Positions 48,278 to 57,603 of a stretch of 64,000 nt of DNA are shown here, piece by piece. The translations under genes and the position numbers were made by a program. The stretch is from Candidatus Cloacimonadota bacterium. Its GTDB lineage: Bacteria; Muiribacteriota; UBA6191. The notes beneath the pieces are model-generated. The model ran no database searches and was not told where the DNA came from. It saw only the letters and a list, made by a program, of their open reading frames with translations. Location: positions 83,648 through 147,647 of the forward strand of contig JACFNL010000001.1 of the NCBI GenBank assembly GCA_019454875.1, read 5' to 3'. The first letter of the stretch is position 1. Every line of letters starts with the position of its first letter.

Positions 48278-49098
48278 TTGACTACCATATCATATTCTAC
48301 CACGCACTCGGAGTCCTCTTTCATAAAGACAGCGGGCAGAATCTCAGCCGCAAGGCTGACTGCAATCGCTTGTGGATGTTTGCTACCAATCTGCCTGCCT
48401 GCAGGGCACTGTAATCTTTGTAATTCACTTGCGGAGAAACCACGCTGATTCAGTCTGTTTTCAAAGGTCTTTCTTTTGGTCTTAGAACCAATCAATCCCA
48501 GATAACTCAAATCTGTGCGTTTAAGAAACAGCTCACATAAATCAAAATCGAGGGAATGGGAATGTGTCATGATCATCACGGCAGCCCCCTGGTTCACAAA
48601 GGCACCTTCACCAAGAGGATCTTCAGAAACCAGAATACGAATCCATGAAGAGACTTCCTTTAAAAATTCATTCTTGCGGGAATCAATCCAGTCAATAGGA
48701 ATTTCAAGCGGTTCCAGAATACGAACCAATGCCCGACCAATATGTCCTGCTCCAAAAATTACAACCGGGGCCACATTGGGAAGCCAGCTTTCCAGAAGCA
48801 CTTCCACGACTCCACCGCAGCACTGCCCCAGACTAGCCCCAAGCTGAAAGGACACTATAATACTTCCATGCTGCCTTTTTTCAATACGCTGACGGCTCTG
48901 AAGAATCACCTGATACTCCAGATGGCCTCCCCCTATTGTTGCATAAACTTCTGAGCCCGTAACCACCATTCTTGTGCCAGCACCCCTTGGTGCAGAACCT
49001 GTCACCTTAAGCACTGTAACCAGAACAAATGGGGTTTTGGAAGCCTTCAGGCCCGCTATATTATCGATCCAGTGCATAGGCTTATGATAAGGAACCAA
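48274..49098 (-). CDS. xdhC: Xanthine dehydrogenase accessory/maturation protein XdhC
   Basis: XdhC/CoxI pattern with Rossmann VIFGAGHIGRALVRIL. Likely ATG at 49077, 4 nt after the xdhB stop. Confidence 0.65.
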   Translation of the reverse strand: MVPYHKPMHWIDNIAGLKASKTPFVLVTVLKVTGSAPRGAGTRMVVTGSEVYATIGGGHLEYQVILQSRQRIEKRQHGSIIVSFQLGASLGQCCGGVVEVLLESWLPNVAPVVIFGAGHIGRALVRILEPLEIPIDWIDSRKNEFLKEVSSWIRILVSEDPLGEGAFVNQGAAVMIMTHSHSLDFDLCELFLKRTDLSYLGLIGSKTKRKTFENRLNQRGFSASELQRLQCPAGRQIGSKHPQAIAVSLAAEILPAVFMKEDSECVVEYDMVVK

Positions 49099-51379
49099 TG
49101 GCTTTTAGGACGGCTTCTGGTGTCGCCGGGGCATTTAGATTGGGATTTTCTCCAGGAGCACAAAAGCTGGAAACCGCATCCTTGATGGCTAGCCAGACTG
49201 CATTAGCAAGCATCAGGGGAGGTTCTCCCACAGCTTTACTACGATAAACCGTATCTTCCTGGTTGGGAGAATCCTTCAAAATTTCAACCCTCAGATCCAG
49301 AGGAATATCCCGGCAGGTAGGAATCTTGTAAGTCGAAGGCGCATGAGTTTTTAAGTGCCCCTTGGAGTCCCAATACAATTCTTCCATGGTCAACCAGCCA
49401 GCACCCTGTACAAAAGCCCCTTCAATCTGACCAATGTCAATAGCCTCATTGATGGATGTTCCTACATCATGAAGAATATCAGATCGCAAAATCCTGTACT
49501 CTCCTGTCAGTCCATCAACCAAAACCTCACTGACACAGGCCCCATAAGCAAAATACAGAAATGGTCTGCCTTTAGCTTTGCCACGGTCATAAAAAATTTT
49601 GGGGGTTTTATAAAATCCGGTTGTAGATAACGATACCCTGGCATGATGTGCCATGTTGACTAATTCGGAAAAACCTATTCTTCTTTCCCCGACCGTCACT
49701 CGGTTATTGTGAAAAATAACTTCCTCTGGCTTCACTTTAAATTCGGACACTGCAAAGTCTATCAGTCTCTGTTTTAAGATTCTGGCAGCAATCTGGGCAG
49801 CCTTGCCATTCATGTCTGTACCGGAGGAGGCTGCCGTGGCGGAGGTGTTGGGAACTTTTGCCGTATCGGTTGCTGAAACCCGGATTCGGGAAAGATCGAT
49901 TTGAAATTCCTCAGCCACAATCTGAGCCACCTTGGTAAAAAGCCCCTGACCCATTTCTGTGCCACCGTGATTCAGATAAACTGAGCCATCTGCATAAATA
50001 TGCATCAGAGCCCCTGCCTGATTCAAAAAGGAGGTAGTAAAAGAAATTCCGAATTTCACAGGAGAGAAGGCCAATCCTTTTTTTATAAATCTGCTACTCG
50101 CGTTAAATTCTTCAACTTCCTTGCGGCGCAGAAAGTACTGGGAACTGTTTAAAAGCTGTTCCGTAATTTCTGGAATAATATTATCCTCAACAGTTTGATG
50201 ATACGGTGTCAGGTTTTTATCTGCCGTCCCATAATAATTGCGTATACGCACCTGAACCGGATCCATCTTCAGGTACCTGGCCACATGATCCATCACATTC
50301 TCAATACCTAACATTCCCTGAGGGCCTCCAAAACCACGGAATGCCGTATTGGAAACCGTGTTTGTCTTGCAGGGGATTCCATGCAAGGTGGCATTTGGTA
50401 AAAAATAGCAGTTATCAGAATGAAACAGTGCCCTGTCAAGAATTGATGTTGAAAGGTCTGCAACCTGCCCACATCCGGCAGCCAGAACCATTTCCAAAGC
50501 TCCAATACGGCCTTCATTGTCAAAACCAACCTTGTATCGGGTCAGAAAATGATGCCTCTTACCAGTCATTATCATATCATCATCACGATTCAGCCTTAGT
50601 TTTACCGGCTTTTGGGATTTGACCGACAACAATGCTGCTATACAAGCTAAAATGGCTGGCTGAGTCTCCTTGCCTCCAAATCCACCTCCCATGCGACGAA
50701 CTTCTACTCTGACCTGGTTTCTTGGGATACCTAGAAACTGGGCCACCATTTTCTGCACTTCAGAAGGGTGCTGAGTTGACGAATAGACAAGCATCTCTTG
50801 TCCCTCACCTAAAACAGCACTTGCCACCTGTCCTTCCAGATAAAAATGATCCTGGCCCCCAATATGAAACTCCCCGGAAACCACATGTTCACATTGTTTT
50901 AAAGCACTCTGGGAGTCGCCTACCTTCAGAGTATGTTCTGCTGCAACTTTTAACCCCTGGGCCAAAGAGTCTTCAATGGAAATAGCAGCTGGCAATACCT
51001 CATACTCCACCTCAATTGCGGCCACAGCCCGTTTGGCTTCGGACTCACTTTTGGCTGCAACGGCTACTATGGGTTCACCAGCGTATTGCACCACACCGGA
51101 TGCAAGGGCAGTTTCTCCTGGAAAAATTGGGCCAACCTCATTAACCCCAGGAATATCATCAGCGGTGATAATTGCCTCAACCCCTGGACACTTCCAGGCT
51201 TTGGATAAATCAATTTTAACAATTCTGGCATGGGCATGAGGGCTTAACAACAAAGCTGCATGCAGTTGATGATAACTTTCTGCAATATCATCTGTGTACA
51301 CGGCCTGACCGGTGACATGCCGGATCGCACTATCGTGAACCACGGATTCTGAAACACCACCAGAGATCTTTTTATGCAT
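49082..51379 (-). CDS. xdhB: Xanthine dehydrogenase molybdopterin-binding large subunit
   Basis: Aldehyde-oxidase/xanthine-dehydrogenase a/b-hammerhead and Moco domains. ATG 51379 overlaps the xdhA stop (ATGCATAA). Confidence 0.8.
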   Translation of the reverse strand: MHKKISGGVSESVVHDSAIRHVTGQAVYTDDIAESYHQLHAALLLSPHAHARIVKIDLSKAWKCPGVEAIITADDIPGVNEVGPIFPGETALASGVVQYAGEPIVAVAAKSESEAKRAVAAIEVEYEVLPAAISIEDSLAQGLKVAAEHTLKVGDSQSALKQCEHVVSGEFHIGGQDHFYLEGQVASAVLGEGQEMLVYSSTQHPSEVQKMVAQFLGIPRNQVRVEVRRMGGGFGGKETQPAILACIAALLSVKSQKPVKLRLNRDDDMIMTGKRHHFLTRYKVGFDNEGRIGALEMVLAAGCGQVADLSTSILDRALFHSDNCYFLPNATLHGIPCKTNTVSNTAFRGFGGPQGMLGIENVMDHVARYLKMDPVQVRIRNYYGTADKNLTPYHQTVEDNIIPEITEQLLNSSQYFLRRKEVEEFNASSRFIKKGLAFSPVKFGISFTTSFLNQAGALMHIYADGSVYLNHGGTEMGQGLFTKVAQIVAEEFQIDLSRIRVSATDTAKVPNTSATAASSGTDMNGKAAQIAARILKQRLIDFAVSEFKVKPEEVIFHNNRVTVGERRIGFSELVNMAHHARVSLSTTGFYKTPKIFYDRGKAKGRPFLYFAYGACVSEVLVDGLTGEYRILRSDILHDVGTSINEAIDIGQIEGAFVQGAGWLTMEELYWDSKGHLKTHAPSTYKIPTCRDIPLDLRVEILKDSPNQEDTVYRSKAVGEPPLMLANAVWLAIKDAVSSFCAPGENPNLNAPATPEAVLKAIGSLS

Positions 51380-52832
51380 GATGTAAAACTCCCACTCTGG
51401 ACTCTGAAGAACTGGTCTCCAGAAAAAATTTATGCAACAGATTGGCAGAGACGACTTTGCGATATTGGGCCGACCCTCTGAAATCACTTAAAGGAGTAAA
51501 CTCCTCCCGCAAAAGCTCCATCGCCAGCTCCACAGTTTTTTCACTCCATTCCACACCACGCAAGAACTTCTCCGTTTGCAGGGCCCGTTTAGGAGTAGCT
51601 GCCATACCTCCAAAGGCAATACGAATTTCTTCAACCCTTCCCTTAACCTTGCGCAGGTAAAACGCACCGCAAAGAGTAGAGATATCCTGATCAAAGCGTT
51701 TGGATATTTTGTATACCCGAAAAAAGCTGTCCGTTTCTTGAACCTGACGAGGAATATGAATCCTGGTCAAAATCTCGTCTGGCTGCAGTGCTGTTTTACG
51801 GTAATCCAGAAAAAAGTCCTGTAGAGGGAGTTTTCTTTCTCCCCGCATGGACAAAATGCTAACTTCTGCACCCAGTGCTATGAGGGCTGGGGCCGAGTCC
51901 CCGATTGGAGAAGCATTGGCCAGATTCCCTCCAATAGTGCCAAGATTACGGATCTGTACTGAGCCAAGCCGAAGAAGCACCTCATAAAAGCCAAAAAACT
52001 CCTGCTTCAAAACAGACTCTGCTTCCGCATAAGTAACTCCTGCTCCTAATATCACCTCAGAGTCCAAAACACTAAGAGTATGGAGCTCCGACACCTTTTC
52101 CAGTGAAATCAGTACGGGAAGCCGACGATTCAACTTGGTGACCAGCAACCCCAAATCTGTGCCACCTGCTAAAAGATGGGCCTCGGGAAACCTGTTTTTG
52201 AGTTCGAGTAACTCTTCCAGTTTGGTCGGAGCAAAAAATTGCTGGTCGGAGTGTTCCAGATGCAGAGATTCTTCAGCCTGAATTTCCTTAAGCTTCTGTA
52301 CAATCCTATGTTCATGCCTGTCATCAAATCTGCCACAACCGGGCTCAGAAAACATCTGTTTCCCCGCATCAAGAATTGGCCTGTATCCCGTGCAGCGACA
52401 GAGATTTCCAACCAATGCGTTTTCCAGAGAAGTTCTATCCGCCTCCGTATTCTGTTTATAATAAGCAAACATGGACATGACAAAACCAGGGGTGCAGTAA
52501 CCACACTGTGAGCCATGACATTCCACCATGGATTTCTGTACAGGATGTAGTTGCCCTTCATTTGAAGCCAGACCTTCTACAGTTATGAGCTGTTTTCCAT
52601 CCAGCATGGGAACAAAATAAATACAGGCATTGATTGCCCTGTAAACCATTTTGCCCTGCCTCAATTCTCCAAGAACCACGGTACAGGCTCCGCAATCGCC
52701 TTCCGCACAACCCTCCTTGGTTCCACAATATTTCTCAACGGACCGAAGATATTGTAAAACAGTAAGATTTGTATCTATCGATCGTAACTCTCTTGGTTCG
52801 TCATTTACCAAGAATCTGATGGTGTTGCGCAT
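51372..52832 (-). CDS. xdhA: Xanthine dehydrogenase small subunit (2Fe-2S + FAD-binding)
   Basis: CAEGDCGACTV and CHGSQCGYCTPGF iron-sulfur motifs, then a CO-dehydrogenase-flavoprotein-like FAD domain. Confidence 0.8.
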   Translation of the reverse strand: MRNTIRFLVNDEPRELRSIDTNLTVLQYLRSVEKYCGTKEGCAEGDCGACTVVLGELRQGKMVYRAINACIYFVPMLDGKQLITVEGLASNEGQLHPVQKSMVECHGSQCGYCTPGFVMSMFAYYKQNTEADRTSLENALVGNLCRCTGYRPILDAGKQMFSEPGCGRFDDRHEHRIVQKLKEIQAEESLHLEHSDQQFFAPTKLEELLELKNRFPEAHLLAGGTDLGLLVTKLNRRLPVLISLEKVSELHTLSVLDSEVILGAGVTYAEAESVLKQEFFGFYEVLLRLGSVQIRNLGTIGGNLANASPIGDSAPALIALGAEVSILSMRGERKLPLQDFFLDYRKTALQPDEILTRIHIPRQVQETDSFFRVYKISKRFDQDISTLCGAFYLRKVKGRVEEIRIAFGGMAATPKRALQTEKFLRGVEWSEKTVELAMELLREEFTPLSDFRGSAQYRKVVSANLLHKFFLETSSSESRVGVLHHA

Positions 52833-52881
52833 GTGATACCTTTAAATAGGGTAACGATTGGTTAATTTCTCAACGAGAATC

Positions 52882-52914
52882 TTGAGTATACAGCAAGGCT
52901 TTCTGTATACTCAA
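52882..52914. promoter_or_regulatory. 12-bp perfect inverted repeat TTGAGTATACAG-N9-CTGTATACTCAA in the xdhA / FecR-gene divergent intergenic region
   Basis: Read directly from the sequence. No T-run follows on either strand, so operator-like rather than terminator. Confidence 0.35.
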
Positions 52915-52985
52915 ACGGATCTAGATTGAATTTTGCCAATGAGAACTGTGGCCATCCGTATCCCTGACGGTGGCAGGAGAACTTT

Positions 52986-54923
52986 ATGAGACGCATACTT
53001 GCGCTTGCTATAATTTTAGGACTTGTGTTTACAGCCTCTTTCTGGGCTGCCGAAGAAAAAGGTGTAATCACCTATTCTGAGGGCAGAGCCTTTGTTGTTC
53101 GAGGCGTAAGGACCATACCAGCAAAAGTTGGCACAATTCTCATGGCTGGCGATGTTGTGGCTGTGGAAGAGGGCTCTGCTGTCTCCATTGATCTCACAAA
53201 TACAGGTCTTTTAAAAATTTCAGAAAAAACCAAGTTTGAGATCCCACAGACTCAGGCTACCGAGGAAAGAACCTCAAGTATTTCATTGTTTTTCGGGGGA
53301 ATCTGGACGGAAGCCAAAAAACTGATTCAGGGAGAATCCTTTGAGATAAAGACACCTACTGCAACCGCAGGTGTGAGGGGAACAGTATTTGGAACCAATT
53401 TTGATGAGGCCACTGGCTCCATGTCAGCCGTTGTGGAATCAGGGCATGTAGTTGCATCGGACAGTAGTGGCAACACGGTAGATCTGTTTCAGGGCATGGT
53501 CGGGGTAGCCTCCCCTAGTGGAATGGATGCCAGAGTGGATCCGGTAGCAGTGGCCAAGGCTTCCATCAGTGCAGCCCAGGTTCTGGACTCCAACACACCA
53601 GAGGCCAAGAAAAAAGCCGAAGAACAGTTAAAGGCTAAAGCCCAGGAATTAAAAGAAGCTGCAGCCAAGCAGGAAGCTGAGGCTAAAGCCCGAAGTGAAG
53701 CCGCTAAAGCGAAAGCTGCGGCTGAAGCTGATAAGAAAAAAGCTGAGGCTGAGGCATCCAAGAAAAAGGCTGAGGCTGCCAAAGCCGAGGCTGAGGCCGC
53801 CAAGAAAAAAGCTGAGGCGGCCAAAACTGCTGGTGATAAGGCTAAAGCTGAAGCCGAGGCCAGGACAAAGGCCCAGGCTGCTGCCCGTGCCGAAGCAGAG
53901 TCCAAGGCCAAGGAAAGAGAAGCTCAGGCTGCTAGTGCAGAGAAGGCCAAGGTAGAGGCCAAAGCCGAAGCTGATGTCAAAGCAGCTCAGGAAACCTCTA
54001 AAGCTGCGGAAGCTGTAGCTGAAACTGCTACCAAAGCCGCTGAAAGTGTACAGCAAAAAACCCTGTCTGATGCCCCTCCTGTTGCCGCACCAGCCAAACC
54101 TGAGGCTGCCAAGCCGCAGGAAGCGGCCCCAGAGCAGACCCCAGCCCAGGAGTCTGTGAAAAAGGATGTGACCGAGGAACTCAGAAAAATCGAGCAGGAA
54201 ATCCAACAGCAGGTTGAGCAAAAAGCCAAGGAAGAAGAGGCAAAAAAGGCAACTGAGGAGGCTCAAAAGCCACCGGCTGAAGTAAACAAGGCCCAGATTG
54301 AACAGGTGCTGAATCAGATGCAGACCAGAAAGGATCGTCTACAAACTCTTTTGAATGAAATCCAGGCACTGATGAACAACACCACCTTGACTGTCAGTCA
54401 GAGATATGAACAGATTCAGTCCAAAAAGCAGGAAGCACAACAATTGCAGAGTCAGCTCGCAACTATCTTTGTGCAGGAGATTCAGAATCTTCAGACTCTA
54501 GGAGCAGAACCAAGCACTATTAGTAATGCACAGGCATTTTCCCCTGATGCGCTAGCATCTCTGATTGAAACGATCAATTCATTAGTTTTGACTGTTCCGG
54601 TGGATATCGTATTTGACACATCCAAAGTACCTGGACTGGTGAATGGCAAAATCCGGTTACCTGTACAGGCTAAAGGGATGATGATGGAGATCTATGTAGA
54701 CCCAAGGGATGCTAAAAACCATCAGAAGGTTCGTGAAATTATTGAGCAGGAACTTCGGGTTCAAGCCTATCAACAGGAGCAGGCTGAGCAGGAAAGATTA
54801 CGGTTGGAGCAATTGCGCAGACTTCAGGAAGCCGAGGTCAGAAAACAAAGAGAAGGCAGCCTCAATCCTGCAACTGGTACCAAAGACGGTTCTGGGGTAT
54901 TTCTACCAATCCAGATTCGCTGA
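52986..54923 (+). CDS. Secreted FecR-domain protein with ~150-aa Ala/Lys/Glu-rich low-complexity coiled-coil tract
   Basis: Signal peptide. FecR-like ATAGVRGTVFG. aa ~215-370 is (A/K/E)n, e.g. KKKAEAEASKKKAEAAKAEAEAAKKKAEAAK. Globular C-terminal domain. GGAGAA Shine-Dalgarno. Confidence 0.5.
   Translation: MRRILALAIILGLVFTASFWAAEEKGVITYSEGRAFVVRGVRTIPAKVGTILMAGDVVAVEEGSAVSIDLTNTGLLKISEKTKFEIPQTQATEERTSSISLFFGGIWTEAKKLIQGESFEIKTPTATAGVRGTVFGTNFDEATGSMSAVVESGHVVASDSSGNTVDLFQGMVGVASPSGMDARVDPVAVAKASISAAQVLDSNTPEAKKKAEEQLKAKAQELKEAAAKQEAEAKARSEAAKAKAAAEADKKKAEAEASKKKAEAAKAEAEAAKKKAEAAKTAGDKAKAEAEARTKAQAAARAEAESKAKEREAQAASAEKAKVEAKAEADVKAAQETSKAAEAVAETATKAAESVQQKTLSDAPPVAAPAKPEAAKPQEAAPEQTPAQESVKKDVTEELRKIEQEIQQQVEQKAKEEEAKKATEEAQKPPAEVNKAQIEQVLNQMQTRKDRLQTLLNEIQALMNNTTLTVSQRYEQIQSKKQEAQQLQSQLATIFVQEIQNLQTLGAEPSTISNAQAFSPDALASLIETINSLVLTVPVDIVFDTSKVPGLVNGKIRLPVQAKGMMMEIYVDPRDAKNHQKVREIIEQELRVQAYQQEQAEQERLRLEQLRRLQEAEVRKQREGSLNPATGTKDGSGVFLPIQIR
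53630..54070. repeat. Low-complexity GCx/AAR/GAR codon repeats encoding the AKAEAE tract
   Basis: Visible gctgaggc/aaagc periodicity. Source of the spurious antisense ORFs 53489-53911 and 53649-54266. Confidence 0.5.
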
Positions 54924-56171
54924 TTAATCATCTCCTAGAGATTTGGCAATCGTCTGACCGATCCGGGCTCTTGTTTCAGAACTGAGCCCTGGATCCTTCA
55001 ACAGGGAGATCAGGATGTGCCCAAATTTTGAAGCAATGGAATCACCCATACGGGATGCCTGATTTTTTTGGGTTGGATCACAATCCCTTAACCAGCGAAC
55101 AGCCTCGCTTTCTACCATGGAAGTCCTCAAGTCGGCAATTTGCTTGATGATTTCGGAAACCTCCTGAATTTCTAACCAGGCATTTAATTCATTGTGGACA
55201 CTATCAATGATAACTTGGATTTCAGCCTTCTGTGACTCTCGGGCCGCCAGATTCTGATCTACTACCTGCCGCAAATCCTGTATGTTGTAAACAAAGGCAC
55301 TAGGCAGGTCATTGATACTGGCATCTATGCTCAAAGGCAGGCTGATGTCTATCAAAAACAGAGTACGATATCGTCTGCGGGGCATAATCCGCTCTATCAT
55401 TTCCCTAAGGATCAATGGCTCTGAAACACTAACCGCACACAGGACAAGATCCACTTCTTCCAGTTTCTTTTCCAAATCCTGTAGCCGCACAGGCTCACAG
55501 GCTAGATTCTGACTGACTTGCAGGGCATTTTCAAAGGTTCGATTCATCAGATATGGTTTGGGAAACCCACTGGCAATTAAATGTCTCAATGCCAGAACCC
55601 CCATTTCTCCTGCACCAATCACCAATGATTTGGTATTACCAAAGTCAGCAAACACCCTCCGTGATAGTTCTACGGCTGCCTGAGACACTGATACCGCTCC
55701 ACGGCTGATACTGGTTTCGGTTCTTACCCTTTTTCCCAAGGCAACCGCAGTTTCAAAGAGACGGTTCAGATACTTTTTGGTATGGCCTAGTTTTAAGGCA
55801 TCCAGATAGGCTCCCCGAATCTGGGCCAGAATCTGGGACTCGCCTACCACTATGGAATCCAGGGAGCTTATCACCCTGAACAAATGCTGGATACAGGCAT
55901 CCCTGTCATACACATAAAATGCTTCACTGACTTCTTTGGACGAGTTTAACATCCGATTCAGGCTTAACAGAAAATCTGGTCGGCCTTCACCCCATAATGC
56001 CATGTAAAACTCAATCCTGTTGCAGGTTGCCACCAGCACACATTCATGGCCCTGATGCAACACCATGTCCCTGAATGCCAAAAGTTCGGCTTTAGCCCCG
56101 GATACCTGATTTAAGGTACCCATGTCCGCCGTTTGATGGGATATTCCTAATACCAGATATTCAGCCTTCAT
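54924..56171 (-). CDS. hemA: Glutamyl-tRNA reductase
   Basis: Start taken at MKAEYLVLGISHQTADMGTLNQV. VATCNRIEFY active-site region and NAD-binding GAGEMG. Confidence 0.85.
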   Translation of the reverse strand: MKAEYLVLGISHQTADMGTLNQVSGAKAELLAFRDMVLHQGHECVLVATCNRIEFYMALWGEGRPDFLLSLNRMLNSSKEVSEAFYVYDRDACIQHLFRVISSLDSIVVGESQILAQIRGAYLDALKLGHTKKYLNRLFETAVALGKRVRTETSISRGAVSVSQAAVELSRRVFADFGNTKSLVIGAGEMGVLALRHLIASGFPKPYLMNRTFENALQVSQNLACEPVRLQDLEKKLEEVDLVLCAVSVSEPLILREMIERIMPRRRYRTLFLIDISLPLSIDASINDLPSAFVYNIQDLRQVVDQNLAARESQKAEIQVIIDSVHNELNAWLEIQEVSEIIKQIADLRTSMVESEAVRWLRDCDPTQKNQASRMGDSIASKFGHILISLLKDPGLSSETRARIGQTIAKSLGDD

Positions 56172-56947
56172 GAGAATTGATGTAGTCCAATCATAATAAA
56201 AAGGGCAAAGATCTGGACCAGATAACACCACACTGCTACCCAGGCCAGTTTTGAACCCAGATAACCTACAGAATAACGAATGCGAAAATACAGGGCATAA
56301 ACAAGCCAGGCCGCAAATATAATCCACTCCCGACTTCCCATGGCAAAAAATGCCAGCTGCCCATCATGTATACGAAATCCCCCCGACAAAATAGCTACGG
56401 TCAGGCTTAAAAAACCAAAAAGAGTGGCTAAAAATCCCACCTCATCCAAAGTGCTTAATGGGGGAAGCCGTTTCGTCCAGAAACCAAAAGTCTTATTCTT
56501 CAACTGAGAATGCTGAATCAGATAGAGAATGGCTGCAATAAATGAAATTGTCAGAGAGGAAAGAGCCAGAACGGAAGAGACAAAATGCAAAAGATGAACT
56601 GAGAATGCTACTGGGATTGTAGTCCCAACCAGCTGGGGCTTGTAAAAGAAACACAAAATCAGGGTAGGGCTCACAAAAAATACATGAGAATAAGACAGGC
56701 GATATCTAAGACTCATGATTAGATACATTCCCGCCCCTGTAAGGGTGACCAGGGTCAGCATAACCAAACGAAGTAAAATCACCTCATTGTTCACAAGGTT
56801 GTTGAGAAAGGTCAGAGAATGTACGATGAGACCAATAGTCAAAAATAGAAAACCCAGTCTTTCCAGGCGATGATTCATCTTCACAAAGGCAATGGTAAAA
56901 AGTGCCAGAGAAATCAGATACAATATCATTTCAATGCTCAGTTTCAT
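56168..56947 (-). CDS. Cytochrome c assembly family (CcsA/HemX-like) membrane protein
   Basis: 8 TMs. C-terminal LPPLSTLDEVGFLATLFGFLSLTVAILSGGF matches the PF01578 core. No WWD heme-handling motif, so HemX-like. Confidence 0.55.
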   Translation of the reverse strand: MKLSIEMILYLISLALFTIAFVKMNHRLERLGFLFLTIGLIVHSLTFLNNLVNNEVILLRLVMLTLVTLTGAGMYLIMSLRYRLSYSHVFFVSPTLILCFFYKPQLVGTTIPVAFSVHLLHFVSSVLALSSLTISFIAAILYLIQHSQLKNKTFGFWTKRLPPLSTLDEVGFLATLFGFLSLTVAILSGGFRIHDGQLAFFAMGSREWIIFAAWLVYALYFRIRYSVGYLGSKLAWVAVWCYLVQIFALFIMIGLHQFS

Positions 56948-57004
56948 GTAAGCAGTCTAGCGGATCCCGGCGAGCTTTTAAATCACTGAATTTATGGAGA
57001 CATC

Positions 57005-57514
57005 ATGACTAAAACAATGTATCAGCATATGGAACAGATAATGATTCCAGATATTGAGGCAGATTCTTCAATTGTTCAGAATCAACTCTATTTTCTGGTT
57101 CAGATTCTTCCTGTCCTGGAAGCCCTGCGTAATAATGACCCGGACCAATATGAAATCTTTGTGGACGAGTTTCAAAAAAAATTCAATACACGACACAAGC
57201 CAAACTTCTCAGATGTACTGGAATACTCACTGGTATTTTTGAAAAATTCCTATGGTATGTCATTTCAGATGGAACAAAGTTCCACTTCCTACCATATCGA
57301 ATCCATAGATTGTCCCCTAGTGGCCAGACAGCTACAAAATCCCCACCTTACGGAACTGGAAAGAAAAACCCTGTGTTTCCACTGTCATGAGTTTCACCTT
57401 AGAAAATTTTTCCGGCTGTTTCGCCTGGACTCGAGTCTGCAACTGTATCCCAATGGATGCAGCGTTTATGTAGAAAAACCTAAAGAGGAAAAAATCAATC
57501 CACTCTATTATTGA
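57005..57514 (+). CDS. Hypothetical Cys/His-containing protein (169 aa)
   Basis: CPLV...CFHCHEFH...C cluster. Isolated plus-strand gene between minus-strand operons. Confidence 0.3.
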   Translation: MTKTMYQHMEQIMIPDIEADSSIVQNQLYFLVQILPVLEALRNNDPDQYEIFVDEFQKKFNTRHKPNFSDVLEYSLVFLKNSYGMSFQMEQSSTSYHIESIDCPLVARQLQNPHLTELERKTLCFHCHEFHLRKFFRLFRLDSSLQLYPNGCSVYVEKPKEEKINPLYY

Positions 57515-57603
57515 AATGGAGCTTCTCTGACATATACAGGCAATTCATGTTTTTCAGAAATTTCCGCAGCACTCACAGATGCTTCCGATTTACTCCCATA
57601 ATT

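Noticed and set aside
52833-52985. Looked for a purine riboswitch in the xdhA 5' leader
   Set aside because: The reverse complement of the region shows no match to the conserved guanine/adenine-riboswitch core by eye. Only the 12-bp palindrome is notable.
53489-54266. Two long antisense ORFs (140 and 205 aa, Ser/Leu/Gly/Phe-rich) opposite the FecR-domain gene
   Set aside because: They are the reverse-complement reading of the GCT/GAG/AAA codon repeats encoding the AKAEAE tract. A low-complexity artefact, not genes.
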